Positions 6,686 through 13,618 of a stretch of DNA of 17,589 nt are shown piece by piece. Position 1 is the first letter of the stretch; each line of letters begins with the position of its first letter. The notes below the pieces were generated by a model that saw only the letters and a program-made list of their open reading frames with translations, made no database searches and had not been told where the DNA came from. Both the position numbers and the translations under genes were made by a program. The stretch is taken from contig JAEUWE010000216.1 in the NCBI GenBank assembly GCA_016791465.1, forward strand, positions 1-17,589. The letters run 5' to 3'. The stretch comes from Pseudobdellovibrionaceae bacterium (GTDB taxonomy: Bacteria > Bdellovibrionota > Bdellovibrionia > Bdellovibrionales > JAMPXM01).

Positions 6686-8008
6686 ATGAATGTTCGCAGT
6701 CTCGTTTTGGCATCGCAGTCGCCACGTCGAAGACAAATCCTTTCGTTGGCAGGGTTCGAGTTCGACATCCTCCCTTCTCAAATATCGGAAATTCCCGATG
6801 AAAACCTGAATCTGGCGCAGCAAATTCGACAGCTGGCTCATGACAAGGCCGAGGCCTGTCTCAAAATGAGAAAGCCATTGAAAGGACAGGGGGTTTTGAT
6901 CCTTGCGGCCGACACGATGGTGGCCTTGGCTGGCCAAACATTGGGCAAGCCGAAGGACGAGAATCAAGCGCGTCAATTTCTTAAGCAGCTCTCTGGCCAG
7001 ACTCATGTCGTGCTCACTGGACTTTCGCTCTATGACGTCGACACGGATACCTGGGCTGAGTCTGTTGTCGAAACCAAGGTGTATTTTCGCGAGCTGACGG
7101 CTCAAGAAATCGAGCACTATGTTCGTTCGGGTGATCCGATGGACAAGGCTGGTGGCTATGGTATTCAGGGCGAAGCCGGCGCTTTCGTTCAGCGAATTGA
7201 AGGGCCGTTCGATAATGTCGTTGGACTTCCTATCGACGAGTTGAAACGTCTGCTTGTCGAGAATCGATGGCAGATTCGCAGGCGAGTTTCATCGGTACAA
7301 GAAGGTCTCCTCAGTATCCGCCAACAGATTTCGAACGCCTGCATCCAATTTCATCGGGCGCCGTCGAGCGTGAAGCTGATCGCGGTTTCGAAGACGAAAT
7401 CTGCGGAAGCCGTGATGGAGGCGGTCTTGGCGGATCAGCTGGAGTTTGGTGAGAACTACGCTCAAGAGGCTGTGGATAAGCAAGTGGAGATTGCACAGTT
7501 GCAGCAGATCGCCGGTATCGACCGAAAAGTGAATTGGCACTTTATCGGTGGTCTCCAAAGCAAGAAGGTCAAGGCGGTCGTTGGGTCGTTCGTGTTGATT
7601 CATTCTGTCGACCGCGAATCATTGGTTTTAGAAATTGAAAAGCGCGCGGCCGAAAAGGAGATAGTGCAGGACATTTTGCTTCAGGTGAATATAGCGAACG
7701 AAGAGACAAAGTCGGGAGCGAGTGTTCAGGATTTTACCTCGCTTGTCGACCTGGCTGCTCGTCAGTCTCACATTCGAATCTGCGGTATTATGGCACTGCC
7801 ACCGCTGGTTGAAGACGAGGTGTTGGCGCGCCGGCAGTTTGCTGAAGTTCGCGCCGTTTTTGAGTTGGCCAAGCGTCGTCTTTCAATCGAGCAACAGCGG
7901 TCTTTCACCGAAATGTCGATGGGAACAACGCATGACTTTGCGGCCGCCATTGCAGAGGGCGCGACGATGGTTCGTGTGGGGACGGCGATCTTCGGAGCTC
8001 GGCAGTAG
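6686..8008 (+). CDS. maf-yggS: Fusion protein: Maf-family nucleoside-triphosphate pyrophosphatase (N-terminal, about aa 1-190) plus YggS/YlmE-family PLP-binding protein (C-terminal, about aa 200-440)
   Basis: Single uninterrupted 440-aa frame. Maf motifs: LASQSPRRRQIL, AADTMVALAGQTLGKPKDENQARQFLKQLSGQTHVVLTG, DKAGGYGIQGEAGAFVQRIEGPFDNVVGLP. YggS motifs: VKLIAVSKTKSAEAV (PLP Lys), FGENYAQEA, WHFIGGLQSKKVK, IHSVD, LLQVNIANEETKSG, MSMGTTHDFAAAIAEGATMVRVGTAIFGAR. Confidence 0.9.
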   Translation: MNVRSLVLASQSPRRRQILSLAGFEFDILPSQISEIPDENLNLAQQIRQLAHDKAEACLKMRKPLKGQGVLILAADTMVALAGQTLGKPKDENQARQFLKQLSGQTHVVLTGLSLYDVDTDTWAESVVETKVYFRELTAQEIEHYVRSGDPMDKAGGYGIQGEAGAFVQRIEGPFDNVVGLPIDELKRLLVENRWQIRRRVSSVQEGLLSIRQQISNACIQFHRAPSSVKLIAVSKTKSAEAVMEAVLADQLEFGENYAQEAVDKQVEIAQLQQIAGIDRKVNWHFIGGLQSKKVKAVVGSFVLIHSVDRESLVLEIEKRAAEKEIVQDILLQVNIANEETKSGASVQDFTSLVDLAARQSHIRICGIMALPPLVEDEVLARRQFAEVRAVFELAKRRLSIEQQRSFTEMSMGTTHDFAAAIAEGATMVRVGTAIFGARQ

Positions 8009-8023
8009 GCCGAGCGTTTTTTT
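7997..8023 (+). terminator. Rho-independent terminator overlapping the maf-yggS stop codon
   Basis: GCTCGGC (7997-8003), loop AGTAG (contains the TAG stop), GCCGAGC (8009-8015), then G+T7 (8016-8023). Confidence 0.65.
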
Positions 8024-8026
8024 GAA

Positions 8027-8560
8027 CTAGTTCTGAATCAATAGTTGGCAGTTGTCGTTCTCAGAACTCAGATGCCCTTTCAAGCATGAAAAGCTGAGAG
8101 CCAGATCTTCTGTATTGAGGTACTTCATAAAGTATCCGGCGTGCTGCAGCATCGGCACATCAATAGCCTCAAAGAGAAATTGAATTGTCTGCGGTTCAGT
8201 GAGTGTCGCGCGAATCATACTCGGAGTGTATTCAACGGCAACGTGGTCGCTGCTTGAAACTTTGGCGATCTCAGCGCCACATGTGAACTTCGGACCCGAG
8301 TATTGAGCACAGTAGAAATACACCGTGCCAGAACTGTCTCTGAAGCGCTTCATCATCGCTCTTTTGCCATTCGGATCAGTGGCCATTGCTTCTGGGAATT
8401 TGAGTTTGAAGTAGATATCGTGAGCTTCTTGCGCCTGATCGATAACGATCGAAACGGTGGTCGGCGTTTCGGTGATAGCGGCTTTTGCTGGTGATCCTGT
8501 GCCCACAAGGATCAGGAGAGTGGCGGCTGTGACGAAATGGAATTTCTGAAAAGACATCAT
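8027..8560 (-). CDS. Small secreted hypothetical protein (signal peptide, 4 Cys); no family recognised
   Basis: I chose the internal start ATGATG at 8560, with GGAG 7 nt upstream. It gives MMSFQKFHFVTAATLLILVGTGSPAKA|AITE, a classic signal peptide. The longer track ORF (to 8656) would overlap the proC upstream region. Two Cys pairs are present (YFYCAQYSGPKFTCG; SFSCLKGHLSSENDNCQ). Confidence 0.6.
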   Translation of the reverse strand: MMSFQKFHFVTAATLLILVGTGSPAKAAITETPTTVSIVIDQAQEAHDIYFKLKFPEAMATDPNGKRAMMKRFRDSSGTVYFYCAQYSGPKFTCGAEIAKVSSSDHVAVEYTPSMIRATLTEPQTIQFLFEAIDVPMLQHAGYFMKYLNTEDLALSFSCLKGHLSSENDNCQLLIQN

Positions 8561-8665
8561 GATGGTGCTCCAATCGGTCGGTCTCTGTCGGTTTATCGAG
8601 GAACTCCGAAAAAAGAAATGTGTATCATTGTTGCGCGTCGCCACAAGGTCGCGCATGATGAATCA

Positions 8666-9493
8666 ATGATCTACCAAAAGATCGGCTTTATTGGGACCGG
8701 CCACATGGGCCAAGCGATGATCCAGGCATTGGCTGAAAGCGGCAAGGTTCCGGTCTCGAAGCTCTATGCGTCGAATCGATCACCGGGAAAACTCAAGCGT
8801 GTCCAAGAGCAGTTTGGAATTAACGTCGTTGCGAACAACGAAGAGCTGATCGACATCTGCGACATCGTCATTATTGCGGTCAAGCCACAAGACTTGACCG
8901 CCGTTATTGAGCCTGTGGCTTCGAGTTTTCTCCCTGGGCAGATCGTGATCTCGCTTGCCGCTGGCTACTCGCTTCGTTCGCTTCAGAAGCTACTTCCGAC
9001 GGTAAAGGGTTTGGTGCGTGTGATGCCCAATACGCCGGCAACGATTCGCCGGGCAGTGCTCGGCTACTGCATGGGCCCGGGGGCTGATATCTATGCTCCG
9101 GTTATTGAAGAACTGTTTTCGCCTCTTGGTCTTGTCGTGCCAGCGCCTGAAGGCGAGTTGTTTGAGGCGCTGACTGTGAGTTGTGGATCGGGTCCCGGCT
9201 TTATTTTTGAAGTGATGCAGTACTGGCAAGAATGGGTGGAAGAGCACGGATTTGAGCCCGACGTCGCTCGAAAAATGGTTGTTCAAACATTCTTGGGCGC
9301 GGCAGAGCTTGCGGCAAAATCAGTCGATATGCCGCTCCACGATCTCCAGGACCGGGTTGTTTCGAAAAAAGGAGTTACGGCCGCTGGACTTCAGTCGATG
9401 CGTGAACTCGAGATCGAGCGCGCGCTTCGCTATAGTTTCGAGAAGGCCGTGCTTCGCGACCAAGAATTGGCTCGCGGGACAGCGAAAGACTGA
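8666..9493 (+). CDS. proC: Pyrroline-5-carboxylate reductase
   Basis: I chose the start at ATG 8666 (MIYQKIGFIGTGHMGQAMIQAL, a Rossmann GxGxxG motif at the N-terminus; about 275 aa, typical length). Other motifs: AVKPQD, RVMPNTPA, CGSGPGFIFE, VVSKKGVTAAGL. Confidence 0.9.
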   Translation: MIYQKIGFIGTGHMGQAMIQALAESGKVPVSKLYASNRSPGKLKRVQEQFGINVVANNEELIDICDIVIIAVKPQDLTAVIEPVASSFLPGQIVISLAAGYSLRSLQKLLPTVKGLVRVMPNTPATIRRAVLGYCMGPGADIYAPVIEELFSPLGLVVPAPEGELFEALTVSCGSGPGFIFEVMQYWQEWVEEHGFEPDVARKMVVQTFLGAAELAAKSVDMPLHDLQDRVVSKKGVTAAGLQSMRELEIERALRYSFEKAVLRDQELARGTAKD

Positions 9494-9574
9494 AACTAGA
9501 CCTAGGGCCGTTGTCGAAGGTCCAGCAACTCTCGTATCCTAAATAGGTAAATCATCGGTCCCAGGGAGGGAATC

Positions 9575-10162
9575 GTGAGAATTGCTCCGATCGACATCGC
9601 TCACAAGAGCTTCAATCGCAAAGTTATGGGTCTCGATTCTGACGAAGTTGCAAACTTCCTTCGCGATATCGCGGATCAAATGGAAGAACTCATCCGTGAG
9701 CGCAATTCACTCAAAGAAATCGCTCGTCAAAAAGACATTCAGCTCATGGAGTATAAAGAGCGGGACGACACTTTGAAGGCGACACTCGCGACGGCAACAA
9801 AGATGTGTGAGCAGATTCGCCAAGATGCCGAGCGCGAAGCCAAGCTCATCATCAACGACGCCTCACAGAAGGCTGAAGTCGTGATGCGCGATGGTCGTGA
9901 TCAATTGAAGCGGCTGTATCAAGAAATCGCCGACATCAAAAAGCTTCGCATGCAGTTCGAAGGAAATTTGAAAGCGGTTTGTCAGGCGCATATCTCGATG
10001 GTTGAGTCGAGCCACATGCATCTTCCGGATCCGCAAATCAATTTGGCTCACGCGGCGAACGTCACGCATGCACAGGCGCCGAGTGCAAACCAAGCGACCA
10101 CGCCTGCTGCGGCAGCCCCGCAGCAGCAGGCCCCGCGCTTCCGCACGACGCCTAACGTGTAG
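9575..10162 (+). CDS. divIVA: DivIVA-domain cell-division / polarity protein
   Basis: GTG start at 9575 preceded by GGGAGGG. The N-terminus MRIAPIDIAHKSFNRKVMGLDSDEVANFLRDIADQMEELIRERNSLKE matches the DivIVA lipid-binding plus coiled-coil signature. The tail is Pro/Ala/Gln-rich. Confidence 0.85.
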   Translation: MRIAPIDIAHKSFNRKVMGLDSDEVANFLRDIADQMEELIRERNSLKEIARQKDIQLMEYKERDDTLKATLATATKMCEQIRQDAEREAKLIINDASQKAEVVMRDGRDQLKRLYQEIADIKKLRMQFEGNLKAVCQAHISMVESSHMHLPDPQINLAHAANVTHAQAPSANQATTPAAAAPQQQAPRFRTTPNV

Positions 10163-10183
10163 TTCGCCCGACATCAGGACGAG

Positions 10184-10226
10184 AAAACAAAAAAGGTCCG
10201 CTTTGCCAGCGGACCTTTTTTATTTC
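10184..10226. terminator. Bidirectional rho-independent terminator between convergent divIVA and the endonuclease gene
   Basis: A-tract AAAACAAAAAA, stem GGTCCGCT (10195-10202), loop TTGCC, stem AGCGGACC (10208-10215), then T6. The A and T tracts flank the stem, so it reads as hairpin plus U-tract on both strands. Confidence 0.85.
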
Positions 10227-10244
10227 AGCCATTCAATGAGTGCA

Positions 10245-11129
10245 TTAGAAGTCGGAGATTTCCTCGACGAGTTCTGGATGGTCGATGAAAGGATTGCGGT
10301 TGCCTTGCACCTTGTAAATCGTTTCGTTCCGCTCTTGCTCAAAGGTATCGGCCGGGTCTTGGCGATGCCACTTTCTCAAGAAGGCCTCTTCTGTTGGGTC
10401 GATTTCGATGTGATATCGAACCGAGAAGTAAAAGAGGGCGCGAGCAACGTTACCCTTATGCGCGTTTGGTGGTTCAAAGTAGTCTTCTGAGCGGCCCTGA
10501 ACGGTACCGAACTTTGACGAGTTTGAGCAGGGGAGCGGTCGATCTGGAACGTCGACTTCGGCAAACTTATGATTTCCGCGAATCGAGTTCATTTGTGAGT
10601 GCGTTGGGTAGAGGTGGTGAAGATCGCTCTTCTGTGTGTCTTTTGAGAAGGAGCGGTTGAAGCGGCTTTGCGGCCAGGTGTGCTCGGTATTGATGATCGA
10701 GTCTTGTGGGGTTTTTCCAGGGCCGACTTGATCGGATCCGCCGAAGTCGCGATTCGTGAATTCTTTCTCGCAATAGACGTCGCGAACAGCGTAGTTGCCT
10801 GGTGAGCCAGAGAGATGGATCTGCCCCATGAGAACTCGGCGCGCAGCGCTGTAGCCAATGGGTTGGTGCGAGTAGCAGTCGCGACCTGCGGTGTCGCAGT
10901 TGGCGTTCACGGAGTCTGGTGCTCCACTGTTGCGTTGATGGCGCGATTCGAGAATGTCCTGGAGTTCTTGGATGAGCTCTTTGTCGCGTTTGCCGGCTGC
11001 GACATGGCTGTAGAATTCGCTACCGTAGTAGGGAATTTGCTTGGTGAGCGTAACAGCCGAAGCTGTCGACACCATGCAAAGGATTGAAAAGAGCCAAGAA
11101 ACCCTAAACAGAACGTTCGAATACTTCAT
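10245..11129 (-). CDS. Secreted endonuclease I family nuclease (EndA/Vvn/Dns-like)
   Basis: I chose the start at ATG 11129 (MKYSNVLFRVSWLFSILCMVSTASA, a signal peptide; a G6 SD-like run lies 6 nt upstream). The track start at 11162 is TTG. Family motifs: NTEHTWPQSRF, DLHHLYPTHSQMNSIRGNHKF, KGNVARALFYFSVRY, QGNRNPFIDHPELV. Confidence 0.85.
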   Translation of the reverse strand: MKYSNVLFRVSWLFSILCMVSTASAVTLTKQIPYYGSEFYSHVAAGKRDKELIQELQDILESRHQRNSGAPDSVNANCDTAGRDCYSHQPIGYSAARRVLMGQIHLSGSPGNYAVRDVYCEKEFTNRDFGGSDQVGPGKTPQDSIINTEHTWPQSRFNRSFSKDTQKSDLHHLYPTHSQMNSIRGNHKFAEVDVPDRPLPCSNSSKFGTVQGRSEDYFEPPNAHKGNVARALFYFSVRYHIEIDPTEEAFLRKWHRQDPADTFEQERNETIYKVQGNRNPFIDHPELVEEISDF

Positions 11130-11220
11130 CCGACGCCCCCCTTTGGAAATTGGTTTAAGCAAACGGTTCGCACGGCGGCAAGAATAAGAGTTTTAGGATT
11201 GTGTTGTGACGCATCGCGCA

Positions 11221-12024
11221 TCACGGTTTTGTGCCCAGAGTTTCGGCAAAGAAGCTGCGCATCGCGATCCACGAGCGCTTTGCCGCCTGTTCATTGTAGG
11301 CCGCACCCTTTGAGTTGTCGTTTCCGGCCTCCTTTTCGGTGAAGGAGTGAACCGCGCCTCCGTATTGGATGAGCTGCCAGTCGACTTTATTCTTTCTCAT
11401 TTCATCTTCGAATGCGGCGAGGTCAGCGGCTGCGACAAACGGATCGTCAGCACCGTGGAGCGCGAGGATGCGTCCTTTGATGCGGGCGCCGTCGGCCGGC
11501 TTTGGAGAATCGAGTCCACCGTGAAAGCTGACAAAGGCTTTCGCATCAGCACCGGCGCGCGCAAGTTCGATGGCGGCCGTTCCTCCGAAACAATAACCAA
11601 TGACGGCGATTCTATTCTTATCGACCTGCGGTTGTTCTTTGATCAGCTTAAGGCCTCGCTGCATACGATTGCGCAGACTCGTGCGGTCTTTTTTGAAGCC
11701 GCCCGCAAGTGCGCTGGCTTCTTCTGCGTTCTTTGGACGAACATCCTTTCCATAAATGTCGACGGCCACGGCGACAAAGCCCTCTTGAGCGAGGCGCTCG
11801 ACGACTTCTTTGGTCTGATTCGTTACGCCCATCCAGTTGTGGGCGACGAGAACGCCCGGGAGTGGGCCTTTGAGTTGATCGTCGTAGGCGATTAGGCCTT
11901 CAAATTTTTTTCCGACCATATTGTATTCGATGGAGCGACTGACGATGGCCGACTGAGCGATGTCGTGAAAACCAGTGACGAATGCGACTGAGGCGATCAG
12001 GAGAGACAGATCTTTGATAGTCAT
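11221..12024 (-). CDS. Dienelactone hydrolase family protein (alpha/beta hydrolase), probably exported
   Basis: 267 aa. Hydrophobic N-terminus (LSLLIASVAFVTGFHDIAQSA). PGVLVAHNWMGV and the nucleophile motif IGYCFGG (GxCxGG is typical of DLH). HGADDPFV and a C-terminal GAVHSF. The start lies 4 nt after the yggU-like stop. Confidence 0.85.
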   Translation of the reverse strand: MTIKDLSLLIASVAFVTGFHDIAQSAIVSRSIEYNMVGKKFEGLIAYDDQLKGPLPGVLVAHNWMGVTNQTKEVVERLAQEGFVAVAVDIYGKDVRPKNAEEASALAGGFKKDRTSLRNRMQRGLKLIKEQPQVDKNRIAVIGYCFGGTAAIELARAGADAKAFVSFHGGLDSPKPADGARIKGRILALHGADDPFVAAADLAAFEDEMRKNKVDWQLIQYGGAVHSFTEKEAGNDNSKGAAYNEQAAKRSWIAMRSFFAETLGTKP

Positions 12025-12028
12025 AAGA

Positions 12029-12355
12029 CTAGCGCATCATTGATGCGGCGAGCTTGGCAAGTGCGGTGTCGAGGCTTAGCCCTTCAGCCCGGAAGACTTT
12101 TGCCCGCGACTTGTCACCTTTGATAAGGGTGATGCTGCGTTTGGAAACCTCGAGGAGCTCGGCGAGAAAGTGAGTGAGCTCCTCGTTGGCCTTGCCCTCC
12201 ACCGGAGGCGCACCAATTTTGATTTTCAAGGCGTCGCCGTGGAGGCCGACCAGCGAGCAGCGGCGTGCCCCGGGCTGCGCGTGAACAGCGATGAGGACTG
12301 CGCCGGATGGGTCGGTCTTCAGGGCGACGCGAAGATTGGTGGGCTCATTTTCCAT
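12029..12355 (-). CDS. yggU: DUF167 (YggU) family protein
   Basis: Motifs: AVLIAVHAQPGARRCSLVGLHGDALKIKIGAPPVEGKANEELTHFLAELLEVSKRSITLIKGDKSRAKVF. I prefer ATG at 12355 (108 aa, 11-nt overlap with the upstream gene) over the track start at 12412. Confidence 0.8.
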   Translation of the reverse strand: MENEPTNLRVALKTDPSGAVLIAVHAQPGARRCSLVGLHGDALKIKIGAPPVEGKANEELTHFLAELLEVSKRSITLIKGDKSRAKVFRAEGLSLDTALAKLAASMMR

Positions 12356-13412
12356 CGAGCAGTCGCTCGGTTTCGTTGAGGTCGCTACCGCTCGTACCGG
12401 GCTGAAAGTCATTTCCAGGCTTGATCACGTCCGGATCGGTTTGTTCAGAATCAAGTTTGAAGGAGTCGGTCGTGCCAGGTGCAGAGATTCGTTCGTCTGG
12501 ATTTTCAGAAATCCCTGTCGCTCTTGTTCGCCGCGGAATGGACGAGAAGACGACATTGAGCGTGATGGCTTGTCCCTCAGCTGTGCGCAAGCCTGTGAGA
12601 GTTTTATCGTAGCCGGCGCGAATCTCGACCGTGTTGCCGGGTTTAAAGCCAATCCAGCCGCGGGCGCGAAGCAGCGCTGGATCGAATGTGCGATAGCGGA
12701 AGCTTCCACCATTCGCTGAGCTTGTCGTGAGAGAGCGCTCGGCGAGAGTGAGATCGTCATTGAGAAGAGTCTCGATGCCATCAACGCCGCCCCCGAGCAT
12801 AATTTTTCCGAGCGGCACTTCGGCGAATGCTCCATAGTGCAGAGTTTTGGCGAGTCCCTCTGTAGGAAGACGGGCGCCGACGTAGCCGAAGATTTTGAGC
12901 GCGCCGATATCTTTTCGGAGATGCAAAAGTGCCCGACCGTACATCGCTCCGTCATTCACAAGTGGCGAAATCTGATAGCGAGTGACCGACGAGATCGGCA
13001 TTCCGGCTTCGATCTCGGCGACCATGCGCAGCCATTCGCGCCAAACGACGAAGTGGCCACCGACAAAGGCGTCAGACAAACCGCTGTTGGTCTTTTCATT
13101 GAAAGTATCGAGGACCCGCACTTGCGTCAGTCCTGCGCCACCATAGACCGAAAATTTGGGCCAGAACGCGTAACGTGCGCGGACCCAGGTCTGAAAGTCA
13201 GTGAGGTTGTTGTCGCCAGCGAGGCGCGAGTATTCGCCGCGGGTGGGGCCGTAGTTTGCGTGGGTCCAGAAATACTCAGTGGAGCCCGAGATCCCAAACG
13301 AGCCTTTTCTCCAGGCCCAGGGCGGCGTTTCAATTGGACTTCCAAACGCTGAATTCGGAGTCGTGTTCATTGCGACAAGCGCGAACAAGAAAGTCAGAGC
13401 GAACCGTTTCAT
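12345..13412 (-). CDS. Putative outer-membrane beta-barrel protein with an acidic, disordered C-terminal tail
   Basis: I chose the start at ATG 13412 (MKRFALTFLFALVAMNTTPNSAFG|SP, a signal peptide). Alternating hydrophobic/aromatic strand-like segments occur throughout (YFWTHANYG, WVRARYAFWP, SVYGGAGL, LKIFGYVGARL, VEIRAGYD, AITLNVVFS). No specific family recognised. Confidence 0.5.
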   Translation of the reverse strand: MKRFALTFLFALVAMNTTPNSAFGSPIETPPWAWRKGSFGISGSTEYFWTHANYGPTRGEYSRLAGDNNLTDFQTWVRARYAFWPKFSVYGGAGLTQVRVLDTFNEKTNSGLSDAFVGGHFVVWREWLRMVAEIEAGMPISSVTRYQISPLVNDGAMYGRALLHLRKDIGALKIFGYVGARLPTEGLAKTLHYGAFAEVPLGKIMLGGGVDGIETLLNDDLTLAERSLTTSSANGGSFRYRTFDPALLRARGWIGFKPGNTVEIRAGYDKTLTGLRTAEGQAITLNVVFSSIPRRTRATGISENPDERISAPGTTDSFKLDSEQTDPDVIKPGNDFQPGTSGSDLNETERLLDGK

Positions 13413-13459
13413 TGCCCTCAAGTTAGCATCGAATGCCTGGTCGCGGTATGTTGAAATAA

Positions 13460-13496
13460 TCGACGTCTTGTCTAAAACGCGGCGATCTCGACGTCT
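13460..13496. repeat. Two exact copies of TCGACGTCT (GACGTC palindromic core), 28 bp apart, in a divergent intergenic region
   Basis: The copies are at 13460-13468 and 13488-13496, read directly from the sequence. They lie between the divergent starts at 13412 (-) and 13619 (+). Function unknown. Confidence 0.4.
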
Positions 13497-13618
13497 CATA
13501 CATGGACCTATGTTGAGGCCTATCGCCCTAGGACCAGAGTTTCTTTTCGATACGATAGGAAGCCGGCCGTTTCGCCGATAAACTGGTTGTATTGATCGCA
13601 ATTGAAGGAGAGTACGCC

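Noticed and set aside
6647-7117. 156-aa minus-strand ORF upstream of the tadC-like gene
   Set aside because: It is antisense to the strongly supported Maf domain. It has no motifs and would overlap the tadC-like start. It is a shadow ORF.
8537-8656. Longest-ORF starts for proC (8537) and for the secreted ORFan (8656), which would overlap each other by 120 bp
   Set aside because: Internal starts are better supported. ATG 8666 puts the GxGxxG motif at the ProC N-terminus at normal length. ATG 8560 has a GGAG SD and yields a proper signal peptide. The extensions are basic and non-conserved in appearance.
10002-10490. 162-aa plus-strand ORF
   Set aside because: It runs out of frame through the divIVA 3' end, across the strong bidirectional terminator, and antisense into the endonuclease gene. 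This is not plausible as a gene.
11136-11141. C6 (G6 on the coding strand) run just upstream of the endonuclease I start, considered as a phase-variation tract
   Set aside because: Six nucleotides is too short for efficient slipped-strand switching. It is adequately explained as the SD-like purine run.
11347-11895. 182-aa plus-strand ORF
   Set aside because: It is antisense to the dienelactone hydrolase gene, which has the GYCFGG nucleophile motif. It has no independent support.
12425-13352. 176-aa (-) and 171-aa (+) alternative-frame ORFs within the OMP-like gene
   Set aside because: The frame with the signal peptide and beta-strand periodicity is more convincing. The alternatives are Ser/Arg/Ala-rich and have no start context.
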